Positions 9,993 to 19,128 of a stretch of DNA of 64,000 nt are shown here, one piece after another. Under the pieces are notes generated by a model. That model was not told the DNA's origin, ran no database searches, and was given only the letters and a program-made list of their open reading frames with translations. The stretch's first letter is position 1, and each line of letters opens with the position of its first letter. The translations under genes were made by a program, and so were the position numbers. The DNA is from an uncultured Alphaproteobacteria bacterium (GTDB taxonomy: Bacteria > Pseudomonadota > Alphaproteobacteria > Rs-D84): NCBI GenBank assembly GCA_949156565.1, contig CASCZI010000002.1, positions 100,611 through 164,610 on the forward strand, written 5' to 3'.

Positions 9993-10473
9993 TTTGCAAA
10001 GACTCCATATTTTTCAAAACATCACGCATTGTGCGTAAGGCACCGGTTAATTTTTCTTCGTCCCGGGGACAGATCCCATGAAACAATTTTTCAATGCCAT
10101 CACGAAAACGCTCCATCGCCGCAACGGCCATCTTTTCGCCCGCCGGCGTGCATTGATACCATGTATTACGCCGGTCCATATCATCAACCGTGCGCGCCAC
10201 CAAACCATCACGTTCCAATTTCCGAAACGTCGCACATAAATTCGGGGTTGATATATTTTCGCGCCGGGCAATGTCTTTTAATCGTGACGGTGCGCCATAT
10301 AAACGCACCAATACCAATAATTGTTGCCGCGGAATACCCGACTGCCCCCCCTGGGCATTACGCAAACGATCCCCCATCCGATCCAATGTCAGAATGTTTT
10401 CCTCCATCAGATGAACAAATTCCTTGCGTGACATCTTTTTCTCCGTTATACTAAGAATGTTATCATTATTCAT
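9985..10473 (-). CDS. MarR-family transcriptional regulator
   Basis: A 162-aa winged-HTH protein (LVRLYGAPSRLKDIARRENISTPNLCATFRKLERDGLV). Its stop overlaps the tolC start. Confidence 0.8.
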   Translation of the reverse strand: MNNDNILSITEKKMSRKEFVHLMEENILTLDRMGDRLRNAQGGQSGIPRQQLLVLVRLYGAPSRLKDIARRENISTPNLCATFRKLERDGLVARTVDDMDRRNTWYQCTPAGEKMAVAAMERFRDGIEKLFHGICPRDEEKLTGALRTMRDVLKNMESLQNA

Positions 10474-10633
10474 TAAAAACGCGAATGATTATATTTTTTA
10501 ATAATTATAATTGCAAGTAAAAAATTACAAAATTCCTAAAAAAAAATTTAGTGCATAAGATATGGAATCACCGGGTAGATATAAGATGCCTTTATCGACA
10601 ATAGGGATGGCCACCAACCAGTGTTCAGGGTTC

Positions 10634-10857
10634 AGATAAAGACCACCCTCCCCCCTTCGGGGTACTCCCTCGAGGGAGGAGAACTTGTCTTTGTGCCACG
10701 CTGAGTTTAAGTTCCCCTCCGGGGTCGGGGTGGCCGCGAAATCGGCCCCCGCAAAAATTGAAAATTTTTGTGGGTGATACCGACGGGGTGTTTTTTTTGC
10801 CCCCCACGGGGTCCAGTGGCGAATGCCCACAAAAGAGAGGATGGTTTATTTGAACTT
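10634..10857. repeat. GC-rich nested-palindrome MITE-like repeat, copy A (long form)
   Basis: The 5' end reads AAAGACCACCCTCCCC and the 3' end GGATGGTTTATTTGAACTT. The core is CTGAGTTTAAGTTCCCCTCCGGGG. A CCCCGCAAAAATTGAAAATTTTTGTGGG submodule is shared with copy C. The ORFs predicted here are spurious. Confidence 0.55.
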
Positions 10858-10922
10858 TAATAAGTTCCCATGCCCGCCCCAAATTTTCCGATCAATAATA
10901 AATCCGCGCCATGCGCGGATGT

Positions 10923-11639
10923 TTATTGTCCATTAACCTTGGTATTAAGGCGCATATTTTCCCTGTTTAAATTTTCTTTGGTCACCGATACCGTGACATT
11001 AAATTCGTTGATCACTTCGTCAATCACAGACTTGGTTGCCGTAATGGGTGCGTCCTTGCCGTCTTTCTTATAGGCGTATGGTTTATCACGGAACCATGTA
11101 TTAAACGCCTTTATATCCACGTCTAATTGACGCTTTGCGTCGCCGTATTTACCACTGTTGGCGGCGGTACGAATATACATCAAATTCGATTGCAGACATT
11201 CAAGAACCGAACTCTGATTCAATTTATCAATACAGTTTTGCGTGCCCGATATAATGATACTGCGATCCTTGGACGCAACCGCACCCGATGCGCCTTCACT
11301 GGCCGCACCTGCCGCCTGTAACGATGTGGTCAAAACCGCTTTTTCCAGTTGTGTTTTAAGCCGCCGAATTGTCGCATTCAGATATTCATATTGCTTAAAC
11401 ATCTGTTGGGTCATGACGGTTGTCTTGATGGCAATAACTTCTTGCATCGCTTGACGCTGGGCCGAATCTCCCAGATTCTGTGCATGTCCCACATTATAAA
11501 CATGCGTTGTGCATAACGCCAATGACGGATTAATATAATCCGCCCCATCTTTGTCACAACCATTACTGGCCGCGCGCACGCCCCCCGACATCATCAAGGC
11601 CGCGATTAACCCACAAAAGATCTTTCTCTTATAATGCAT
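10923..11639 (-). CDS. secreted hypothetical protein
   Basis: A 238-aa ORF with a signal peptide. It lies immediately downstream of 11640-13421 and is probably co-transcribed with it. Confidence 0.5.
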   Translation of the reverse strand: MHYKRKIFCGLIAALMMSGGVRAASNGCDKDGADYINPSLALCTTHVYNVGHAQNLGDSAQRQAMQEVIAIKTTVMTQQMFKQYEYLNATIRRLKTQLEKAVLTTSLQAAGAASEGASGAVASKDRSIIISGTQNCIDKLNQSSVLECLQSNLMYIRTAANSGKYGDAKRQLDVDIKAFNTWFRDKPYAYKKDGKDAPITATKSVIDEVINEFNVTVSVTKENLNRENMRLNTKVNGQ

Positions 11640-13421
11640 TTAAATTCTGTTGTACATATTGTTTGTATTATTTTCAAAAATACTCTTTGAACTCGAAGAA
11701 TTATTCGGTAATTCTACCTTTAACTCTTTCTGATCCTGCAGACCCGCAGATCGCCCACCCGTCGCACCAATACATGATTGTATATTCGGATCAATTTTCT
11801 GGCCATTGGCGGGACATACACAATTATCCCCTTGGATTTCACCCAATGCCTGTTTGCAATCGCGTGACGTCACGAAATCAGCGCCCCCCCATTCTTTGTA
11901 CGTGGTGGCCGCGGCCGACGGGACATAACCCGAAAACGCACTATCCATTTCCCGTTGGGTCACACAAACTTTGTCAGGTAATTTTTTCATTAATGCGGCC
12001 TGTTGCAACTTGGCATACGATTCATCATTAACCGCGCAATATTTGACCGCGTCCGGAATAACAGATTTTTTGGACCCACCAAACAATACAGATCCCCCCA
12101 CATTCGGCGCGTCTTGTTCGATCATACGTCGCAGAATATCGATATCAATATTGGCCTGTTTACGACGCCCCCGGAATAACACAGAATTGTTCAACACATC
12201 CGATGCACAACCCACGCGAATCTGACTGTTTTCGTCGCCGGTATCGGGGTAAAGCCAATTTTGCTGAACCTCTTCGTCGTTGGTCAACATGGTGATCATT
12301 TGACAACCGCCATTGCTCTGCGGGATGACGCCCCCCATGGTACACGGTTGACCCGCACGCACACTTCCATAGGCGATGGATTTTCCATTGGCGTCACAAG
12401 TCTTTGTGCCATAATGCATTTCTTGGTCCTTGGTGCACATATATTTGGCCCATGAACTGCATGTCCCATTCAGCATCAGCAAAATATCCGTAATATCGAC
12501 GCCCACCGATTGCGCCATCTCCAGTGCATCTAAAATCTGATCCAACACATTTTCATAGGGATCAAAAAAATTCGCGGCTTTTTCTTTAAACACCTTAACC
12601 CGCTTGGGGCCGGTGCAATTGTTCCCCGACCGGTCACATCCGGCGTATGCAAAGACATCTTCCATTGTCGCCTTTAACGATTTCATGGCGACCATGGCGG
12701 CCTCTACACTTTCCATAATCTGTCCAGAAACCTGTTGACGAACAAGAACATCGGCCGATACACCGTTCGATGCCGCGTCAACCTGGGCCTGATTTAAATT
12801 ACTTTCTGGGGCCGGCGATGTGGCGGATGTTGCCGCCGCGGCGGCTGCGGCGGCGGCCTGGGCCGCTAATTCCTTTTGCTCCGCCAATGCGGCCTGTAAT
12901 TGCTGTTGTGCGGCGGCGTTTTGCTGGGCCATTTGGGATTGCATTTGTTGCATCTGCGATTGCATGGCCTGTAATTGCTGCTGACTTTGTTCGGCCGCCG
13001 CCGTTGCCGCGGCCGCCTGGGCATTGATGGTGGCGGCATTAACCTTGGCCGTGGAATTGGCCACCAATTGGGCCGCAATGGATTGGATCAAATCATCGCC
13101 GTATTTCTTGCACGTTTCATTGGATTTCACACACCCCGAAACAATGGGCACGGCCACATCCATCGATGTACACCCACCCGTGGCACACTTTGGCTGGGCA
13201 CAACGCAAAATTAACGAATTACAGTTGCCAAAATTTGCCTCTGCCCCGGTGCCGGACGTGCGTCCGATCATGGCATTGTTCCAATTGTTATTGTTCACCG
13301 ATCCCATATTGGTCGGGTTATAGGCGGTTAAATTACTGCCCGCGGTGGATGGGACGGCGGCATGCGCCATGGGCGACGTGACGCACAGGGCAAGCATTAA
13401 AAATCGCGTTAATGATTTCAT
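11640..13421 (-). CDS. large secreted protein with Q/A-rich coiled-coil low-complexity region
   Basis: A 593-aa ORF with a signal peptide and a Cys-rich N-terminus, followed by a long AAQQQLQA-type repeat region and a Cys-containing C-terminal domain. Confidence 0.55.
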   Translation of the reverse strand: MKSLTRFLMLALCVTSPMAHAAVPSTAGSNLTAYNPTNMGSVNNNNWNNAMIGRTSGTGAEANFGNCNSLILRCAQPKCATGGCTSMDVAVPIVSGCVKSNETCKKYGDDLIQSIAAQLVANSTAKVNAATINAQAAAATAAAEQSQQQLQAMQSQMQQMQSQMAQQNAAAQQQLQAALAEQKELAAQAAAAAAAAATSATSPAPESNLNQAQVDAASNGVSADVLVRQQVSGQIMESVEAAMVAMKSLKATMEDVFAYAGCDRSGNNCTGPKRVKVFKEKAANFFDPYENVLDQILDALEMAQSVGVDITDILLMLNGTCSSWAKYMCTKDQEMHYGTKTCDANGKSIAYGSVRAGQPCTMGGVIPQSNGGCQMITMLTNDEEVQQNWLYPDTGDENSQIRVGCASDVLNNSVLFRGRRKQANIDIDILRRMIEQDAPNVGGSVLFGGSKKSVIPDAVKYCAVNDESYAKLQQAALMKKLPDKVCVTQREMDSAFSGYVPSAAATTYKEWGGADFVTSRDCKQALGEIQGDNCVCPANGQKIDPNIQSCIGATGGRSAGLQDQKELKVELPNNSSSSKSIFENNTNNMYNRI

Positions 13422-13506
13422 ATTCTCTCTTATGTCATAATTCTATCATAAAAAAAACATAGGGGCAAAGGAAAAGTACGCCCATTGGCACCACCAAACA
13501 AAAAAA

Positions 13507-13537
13507 TTGACATATATTAAATATGTATTAATATAAT
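13507..13537 (+). promoter_or_regulatory. candidate sigma70-like promoter (TTGACA...TATAAT)
   Basis: TTGACA at 13507-13512 and TATAAT at 13532-13537, with a 19-nt spacer (slightly long). An AAGGGG RBS precedes the ATG at 13561. Confidence 0.3.
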
Positions 13538-13560
13538 TAAAGATTAAGGGGTATATAACA

Positions 13561-13764
13561 ATGCAAAAGAAAACCGGTACATCAAAAGGTCTGTGTTTAA
13601 TGAATTTTATAATGGGTGGATTTTGTGGGGCATGGGGTGCCCATTTAATTGCCCATGACCGCAATTGGCCCAGCATTATTTGCATGGTCATCATTGGTGG
13701 ATTAAATTTTTATTTGGCCATTGATAATTGGCCACGCATTCATGGAAAACAAAAATCACATTAA
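13561..13764 (+). CDS. small membrane protein (hypothetical)
   Basis: A 67-aa ORF with two hydrophobic helices. The promoter-like element and RBS lie upstream and a terminator follows. Confidence 0.35.
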   Translation: MQKKTGTSKGLCLMNFIMGGFCGAWGAHLIAHDRNWPSIICMVIIGGLNFYLAIDNWPRIHGKQKSH

Positions 13765-13785
13765 GGGCACAAATCATATTCCATA

Positions 13786-13815
13786 TAAAAAACCGGGACA
13801 TGCCCGGTTTTTTAT
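13786..13815. terminator. bidirectional rho-independent terminator
   Basis: CCGGGACATGCCCGG hairpin flanked by an A-run and a T-run. It lies between the small + strand gene and the convergent efp. Confidence 0.55.
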
Positions 13816-14381
13816 TTCGCCCGTTCCACATATTCCAGTGTTTCGGTATTAACCACAATCCGTTCACCTTGTTCGATAAAGACCGGGACTTGGACCCGAA
13901 CACCATTATCCAATATGGCGGGTTTGCCCCCACTGGATGTTGCGGTTTGCCCCTTTAATGCGGGTTCGGTTTCTTCGACGGTTGCAATAACGGTTTTAGG
14001 CAATGTGATCGATACCGGCATCCCTTCGACCAGGTTTGCCTTAACCGACATTTCCGGCACCAAGAATTTCATCTGATCGCCCAAAGAATCGACCGGCATC
14101 GTGAATTGTTCATAATCGCTAAGATTCATAAAATACGCATCCGTCCCATCTGCGTACAAATATTGACATTCAACATCTTCGACCATTAACTTTTCAACCT
14201 TATCTTCGGCGCGCCAACGGTCACCACCCTTGTTTCCGGTATCAATATCGCGCAGGTCGGCCTGAACAAACGCGCCACCTTTGCCGGGTTTTACCTTGGT
14301 AATCGATGTCACAGAATAACGACGTCCATTATGGGAAATAACCCAACCGACGCGCATATCATTCGCAATTGTGGATGCCAT
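13812..14381 (-). CDS. efp: elongation factor P
   Basis: A 189-aa protein whose N-terminus (NDMRVGWVISHNGRRYSVT) and KPGKGGAFVQ loop are typical of EF-P. Confidence 0.92.
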   Translation of the reverse strand: MASTIANDMRVGWVISHNGRRYSVTSITKVKPGKGGAFVQADLRDIDTGNKGGDRWRAEDKVEKLMVEDVECQYLYADGTDAYFMNLSDYEQFTMPVDSLGDQMKFLVPEMSVKANLVEGMPVSITLPKTVIATVEETEPALKGQTATSSGGKPAILDNGVRVQVPVFIEQGERIVVNTETLEYVERAK

Positions 14382-14403
14382 TTTATCTACCTCTTGATTA
14401 TAA

Positions 14404-14940
14404 TTATTCTTTGTGTGTGGCGTTGTATCTTTCGATACTTTTCATAATGATTTCATCCGCCGCCGCGCGATCCGCCCACCCATTGATCTTGGACCAAGAA
14501 TTAGGTTCCAAATCTTTATAGTGTTGGAAAAAATATTCGATTTTGGACCGCACAATGGCCGGCAATTCTTCGATAAACGATACATTTTCATAATACGGAT
14601 CCACCCGATCACGTGGCACACAGATAATCTTTTCATCGCCACCGGCCTGATCTTCCATTAACAAGGCACCAATCGGATGCACATCAATCATAACACCGGG
14701 CCGCAACGGTGCGTTACATACGACAACGCAATCCAACGGATCCCCGTCATCACCCAACGTGCCCGGGAAATAACCATAATTGGCCGGATACGCCACCGGC
14801 GTATGCAAAATACGGTCCACCCGCAACAGGCCGGTTTCCTTGTCAATTTCATATTTGACGTAACCGTTTTCTGGAACCTCTATAATCGCTGTCATTTTTT
14901 TCGGCGGCATTTTGCCGGGCTTTAATTGTTCAAGTGTCAT
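14404..14940 (-). CDS. ppa: inorganic pyrophosphatase
   Basis: A 178-aa protein with the DGDPLDCVVV and GDEKI motifs of family I PPase. Confidence 0.92.
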   Translation of the reverse strand: MTLEQLKPGKMPPKKMTAIIEVPENGYVKYEIDKETGLLRVDRILHTPVAYPANYGYFPGTLGDDGDPLDCVVVCNAPLRPGVMIDVHPIGALLMEDQAGGDEKIICVPRDRVDPYYENVSFIEELPAIVRSKIEYFFQHYKDLEPNSWSKINGWADRAAADEIIMKSIERYNATHKE

Positions 14941-14999
14941 TTGTTTTCCCTTTCAATTTGCGGGTGTGATCATATCACACTTTTTCTTTATTGCAATCA

Positions 15000-15728
15000 T
15001 TAATCGTGTATAACGTTCCCGGTTGCCGCATCAAATCGACGACGGTCAACCGATATGATTTTCCCATCATACACGGGTGCCGCCGCACGATCTACCGACA
15101 CCCGCCAGTATGCGTTTCCATCCACACTGTTTAATGCATATAAATATCCATCCGTCCCCATCACAAAAATAACCGTATCCGTCACAATAAACGGATGGGA
15201 CGTCGCCACCGGCGCACACCACCGGCGCCCCCCGGTATCGGCGCGTAAACGACAAAACGCATCACCCAATCCACCAACATAAACATCTGGGCCACGCACA
15301 ACGGGCGGCACAACAATATCCAAGACCGATGAACCGCCGGTCATCGCATTGGGGCGATATATATCTGCAACCCATGACACATGACGCGTTTTGGGATTAA
15401 ATTTCACCAATTCGCCCGTGGTCAACCCCGCATACACAAATTTTCCCGCGCATACCGGCGTCCGCGTGCCCCCCACACTGTTGGATGTGGCAAATCCGGT
15501 AAATACCTTTTTATCCCCATCCCAAATCACGTTTTGGGCATCCTGGACATAGGGACACGATACATCCGAATCTTTTACTGGTTCCGGTAACGGTTCAATG
15601 GGAACATCCAATACGCGAACCCGTGGTGTATCAAAGATGGGATTGCGCGTCCCAGGCAATATCGGATCACGCGTATCGCACCCGCCCAATATCATTAACC
15701 CCACCAATGCCAAACCAATTTTTCGCAT
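15000..15728 (-). CDS. PQQ-like beta-propeller lipoprotein, BamB-like
   Basis: The likely start is MRKIGLALVGLMILGGC, which gives a lipobox. The protein has YVGG/DGYLYAL beta-propeller blades. The ORF track extends upstream to 15866, but that part is probably not translated. It lies downstream of a yfgM-like gene, as in the yfgM-bamB arrangement. Confidence 0.6.
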   Translation of the reverse strand: MRKIGLALVGLMILGGCDTRDPILPGTRNPIFDTPRVRVLDVPIEPLPEPVKDSDVSCPYVQDAQNVIWDGDKKVFTGFATSNSVGGTRTPVCAGKFVYAGLTTGELVKFNPKTRHVSWVADIYRPNAMTGGSSVLDIVVPPVVRGPDVYVGGLGDAFCRLRADTGGRRWCAPVATSHPFIVTDTVIFVMGTDGYLYALNSVDGNAYWRVSVDRAAAPVYDGKIISVDRRRFDAATGNVIHD

Positions 15729-15744
15729 CTGCACCCCCCGATGA

Positions 15745-16395
15745 TTACCGTAATGCGGCCGCATTTGCCGCCACAATGGCCGGCGCATCTTTATCGGCCA
15801 CAATCGCATCCAAAATCGGTCGCGCCGCGGCGACGTTTCCATCCGCCAAATACCGTTGCGCCACAATCAGCCGTGATGTATAGTAATAGGGTGACTTTTT
15901 CGTATCCAGATCCCCCAAATATGCACGCATCTGATCCCCGGTCATATCATCGCCCCGCATGTTGGCGATCGTTATACGGGCCAAATCACGAAAGTCCCGA
16001 CTGTGACCATTTTCGGCCAAATAATCCAACGTATCGACATCCCCGCTGATTAAATAAGATTGGTACAATGCCAAATCTGCACCGGCCCCATGACCCGCAC
16101 GTCCAATCGCCTTTAACGCATTCGCATCACCATTGGCCACGGCGGTTTCATAATTCTGGGCGGCGGCCAAACGTGATGACCGATATGTCGTTACCCCAAT
16201 TTGAATACCCACCACCACAATTAACAATCCCAACGCCGCCGCAATCAACACACGGGCATATTTTTTAATAAACCGTTGGGTCTTTTCATTGTTAACTTCT
16301 TCCCAAACCTCGCGATAAAGGGCATCTTCGGCATAATCTTCGGCCGTTTTCTTTTTGGGCTTAATATTTTTATTTCTTTCCAAAATTGTTGCCAT
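15745..16395 (-). CDS. YfgM-like membrane-anchored TPR-like protein
   Basis: A 216-aa protein with an N-terminal TM helix followed by a helical repeat domain, sitting immediately upstream of the BamB-like gene. Confidence 0.55.
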   Translation of the reverse strand: MATILERNKNIKPKKKTAEDYAEDALYREVWEEVNNEKTQRFIKKYARVLIAAALGLLIVVVGIQIGVTTYRSSRLAAAQNYETAVANGDANALKAIGRAGHGAGADLALYQSYLISGDVDTLDYLAENGHSRDFRDLARITIANMRGDDMTGDQMRAYLGDLDTKKSPYYYTSRLIVAQRYLADGNVAAARPILDAIVADKDAPAIVAANAAALR

Positions 16396-16448
16396 TGAAA
16401 ATTCTCCTGTCTTGATAATTGATAATTAATTGCTATACTATAAATATA

Positions 16449-17366
16449 ATGAAAAAGCAAATCAAGAACGCTTTAACACCTGTACAAAATACATCGCTGG
16501 TTGCGGCACGCGGGGTCAGTGATGACGCATCCCTGGCCCAGTATATTCAGATGGTGCAAAATATCCCCACACTGAACGCGCAACAAGAATACGAATACGC
16601 CACCGATTGGGTTAAAAATCACAACCAGGCATCGGCCCAGCAATTAGTCATCAGTCATTTGCGAATGGTCGTATCGGTGGCCTATGACTTTAAGAATTAT
16701 GGAATTCCCATCGGTGATTTAATCGCCAGTGGAAATATGGGTCTGATGCAGGCGGTTCAAAAATTTGATCCGGATCGTGGTTTTCGTTTTTCAACATATG
16801 CCATGTTCTGGGTCAAGGCTGAAATTTACGAAACCATTTTAAATAATTGGTCGATTGTAAAAATTGGTACATCCGCCAATCAAAAGCGGGTTTTCTTTAA
16901 CCTCTCGCGGGCGAAACGCGCACTGGGGATTATGGACAACAACCTCTCGGATGATCAAACCCGACAAATTGCCACGTATCTGGATGTACCGGAAAATGAT
17001 GTTCGGCGCATGTCCCGGCGCATGTCGGCACGCGATATATCATTAAACACCCCCATGGGCGCCGATAATGACGGGGACGAAGCGATCGTGAACCTGGTGG
17101 ATACACGGGCAACCCCCGACGTGGTGACCGAACAGAATCGATTTCACCATGATGCATCCGCCCTGTTGTATAAACATTTAAATAATTTGCCCGCACGGGA
17201 CCGTGAAATCTTGGTGGCACGCCGATTGACGGAACCGGCCCTTACGCTTGAGGCGTTGTCGAAAACCCACAATATATCTCGCGAACGTGTTCGCCAAATC
17301 GAAGAACGGGCGTTCAACAAACTGCGGACGGCCATGTTAAACGACACCGACGCGCCGATCGATTAA
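16449..17366 (+). CDS. rpoH: RNA polymerase sigma-32 factor
   Basis: Sigma-70 regions 2 and 4 are present, together with an RpoH-box-like QKRVFFNLSRAKRAL. The start is taken at MKKQIKN; the ORF track begins at 16419. Confidence 0.88.
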   Translation: MKKQIKNALTPVQNTSLVAARGVSDDASLAQYIQMVQNIPTLNAQQEYEYATDWVKNHNQASAQQLVISHLRMVVSVAYDFKNYGIPIGDLIASGNMGLMQAVQKFDPDRGFRFSTYAMFWVKAEIYETILNNWSIVKIGTSANQKRVFFNLSRAKRALGIMDNNLSDDQTRQIATYLDVPENDVRRMSRRMSARDISLNTPMGADNDGDEAIVNLVDTRATPDVVTEQNRFHHDASALLYKHLNNLPARDREILVARRLTEPALTLEALSKTHNISRERVRQIEERAFNKLRTAMLNDTDAPID

Positions 17367-17379
17367 CCAACAACCGACC

Positions 17380-18414
17380 ATGGGGACACAACATATGTAT
17401 ACCAAATTAATCTGTATCGGCGCATTATGCACCCTTTTGTCGACGGGCGCCAATGCCGTGACGGTCAACCGGGGACGAACGGCCGTAAAAATCAATGGAT
17501 ACGGCACGACCGGATGGTTCCAAGAAAAATTTCGCGATGGGAAATTTGTCGGCGATTGGCGCGTACGCGGTCAATTGAATTATGCCACCGCACGGGGTCA
17601 AACATTGGGGGCGGTATATGCCATTGACCAATTGGCCACATCCGACGGACGCGCCGCGGCCGATGCATTTATTTTCTATGAATGGGCATCACTTGGTCGG
17701 GTGGAAATGGGATTAACCGATTCGATTGCCCGCAAATTGGGTGTGGGATTACCCGACGTGGGGGGATTGCGTATTAATGACCAATCACTGATTTATAAAA
17801 AAATAAGACCCGACGGCCCCGTGATTGCCGATCTGACCATTACCGATGGGCGTGGGGCACCCCGAATAAATATCGCCACAATGCCCCGCGCCGGGGCCCA
17901 GATGGGTCTGTCGTTTTCCATGCTGGATCCGCATTATGATTTTGCGACCGATGGGGCAATCAAAATCCGATTACCGGGGGGAAAATTAAAAACAGCATTG
18001 ACGGTTGGCGCATCTTATATCGAATCACCGGATAACATGCGTGTGGGAACGGGATCCCCCCGTCTGACCGCAGATTGGCGGGCCCAGGCATCGGTTGGAT
18101 TAAATATTCAGTACAACAGTTGGATCATCGGTCTGGACACCCGGGTTATCTATGACCGGGATGCGATTGGACCGGCATCCGATGGGGTGGCGACCGGTGC
18201 CGGGGTTAGTTATGATTTATTAAAATATACGGTGTCGGCAACCTACTTGTTTTCTGATACGGGAATTTTTCACGATGGGGATAAAAATACGATTAATCAC
18301 ACGGCATTAATGTCTTTGCGGTATAAGTATAGCAAGGATTTAGACGGATGGATATCATTGGGTCTGTCCACGGACACACCATTTGTTGCGGCGGGTATGC
18401 GCGTTACATTTTAA
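17380..18414 (+). CDS. outer membrane beta-barrel protein (porin-like)
   Basis: A 344-aa protein with a signal peptide, amphipathic beta-strand patterning, and a C-terminal ...MRVTF ending in an aromatic Phe. Confidence 0.5.
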   Translation: MGTQHMYTKLICIGALCTLLSTGANAVTVNRGRTAVKINGYGTTGWFQEKFRDGKFVGDWRVRGQLNYATARGQTLGAVYAIDQLATSDGRAAADAFIFYEWASLGRVEMGLTDSIARKLGVGLPDVGGLRINDQSLIYKKIRPDGPVIADLTITDGRGAPRINIATMPRAGAQMGLSFSMLDPHYDFATDGAIKIRLPGGKLKTALTVGASYIESPDNMRVGTGSPRLTADWRAQASVGLNIQYNSWIIGLDTRVIYDRDAIGPASDGVATGAGVSYDLLKYTVSATYLFSDTGIFHDGDKNTINHTALMSLRYKYSKDLDGWISLGLSTDTPFVAAGMRVTF

Positions 18415-18449
18415 ATTGTTGGATACCACCCGGTTGGGATAACCCATTG

Positions 18450-18481
18450 AAAAATCCCCGCAACTGCGGGGATTTTTTTAC
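18450..18481. terminator. bidirectional rho-independent terminator
   Basis: TCCCCGCAACTGCGGGGA hairpin flanked by an A-run and a T-run, between convergent genes. Confidence 0.6.
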
Positions 18482-19074
18482 AATAAACACGCCAACGTTG
18501 CGCCCGTGTTTTTAATCATAAACCATCCAATACGATAATCCGTGGCATAAACCGTTGCCATAAATAACGCGATAATCGCAATGACGGCGATGACATTATT
18601 ACGCTTGCCCCGCATGCAATACAAACTGATGTTATAAAACAAGAACAACAGATAGATGTCGACCGCCAAACTGATGATCCACATCGACACACAATTAAAC
18701 GCCAGCGCATTAAGCACCAATATAACCGGATAAATGAAAAAGATCGATGCCAAACCCTTGATCGCGATTTCCCAATCACGTTCACCCCCCGTGATTTCGG
18801 ACACCAACATCATCAATCCCCCCATCACAAACAGCAATGTTACCGCCAACACCGGCACAATCACCACCGCGGTAAAGATGGCCCCAACCGTAATCGACGC
18901 CCCGCCGATCAAACGTAATATCAAAACCAGGACCCCGCCCAATAAACCATAAAGAAATGCACGCAACATCGATTCTTCTAAATTGCCATCGGCAACGATC
19001 TTGGTAAAGAATCGTTTCGGCTGGGTCAAAACACCTGTGATATGGGACATCCAAGATTTAATTTTTTTACGCAT
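18478..19074 (-). CDS. Yip1-family integral membrane protein
   Basis: A 198-aa protein with five TM helices and a Yip1-like topology. Confidence 0.45.
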   Translation of the reverse strand: MRKKIKSWMSHITGVLTQPKRFFTKIVADGNLEESMLRAFLYGLLGGVLVLILRLIGGASITVGAIFTAVVIVPVLAVTLLFVMGGLMMLVSEITGGERDWEIAIKGLASIFFIYPVILVLNALAFNCVSMWIISLAVDIYLLFLFYNISLYCMRGKRNNVIAVIAIIALFMATVYATDYRIGWFMIKNTGATLACLL

Positions 19075-19128
19075 GCGATAACTCCGGTTTGATTATTTCT
19101 ATTTTTGCTTTATAATTAAAAAAAATCA

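Noticed and set aside
10525-10882. ORFs 10525-10830 and 10625-10882 (minus strand) inside repeat copy A
   Set aside because: They lie entirely within a GC-rich palindromic repeat. The translations are Pro/Gly-rich low-complexity and overlap in two frames, so they are artefacts of the repeat.
15729-15866. 46-codon N-terminal extension of the BamB-like ORF in the ORF track
   Set aside because: The extension is Trp/Arg-rich and overlaps the upstream yfgM-like gene. The lipoprotein signal peptide starts at the internal MRKIG, so the shorter start was chosen.
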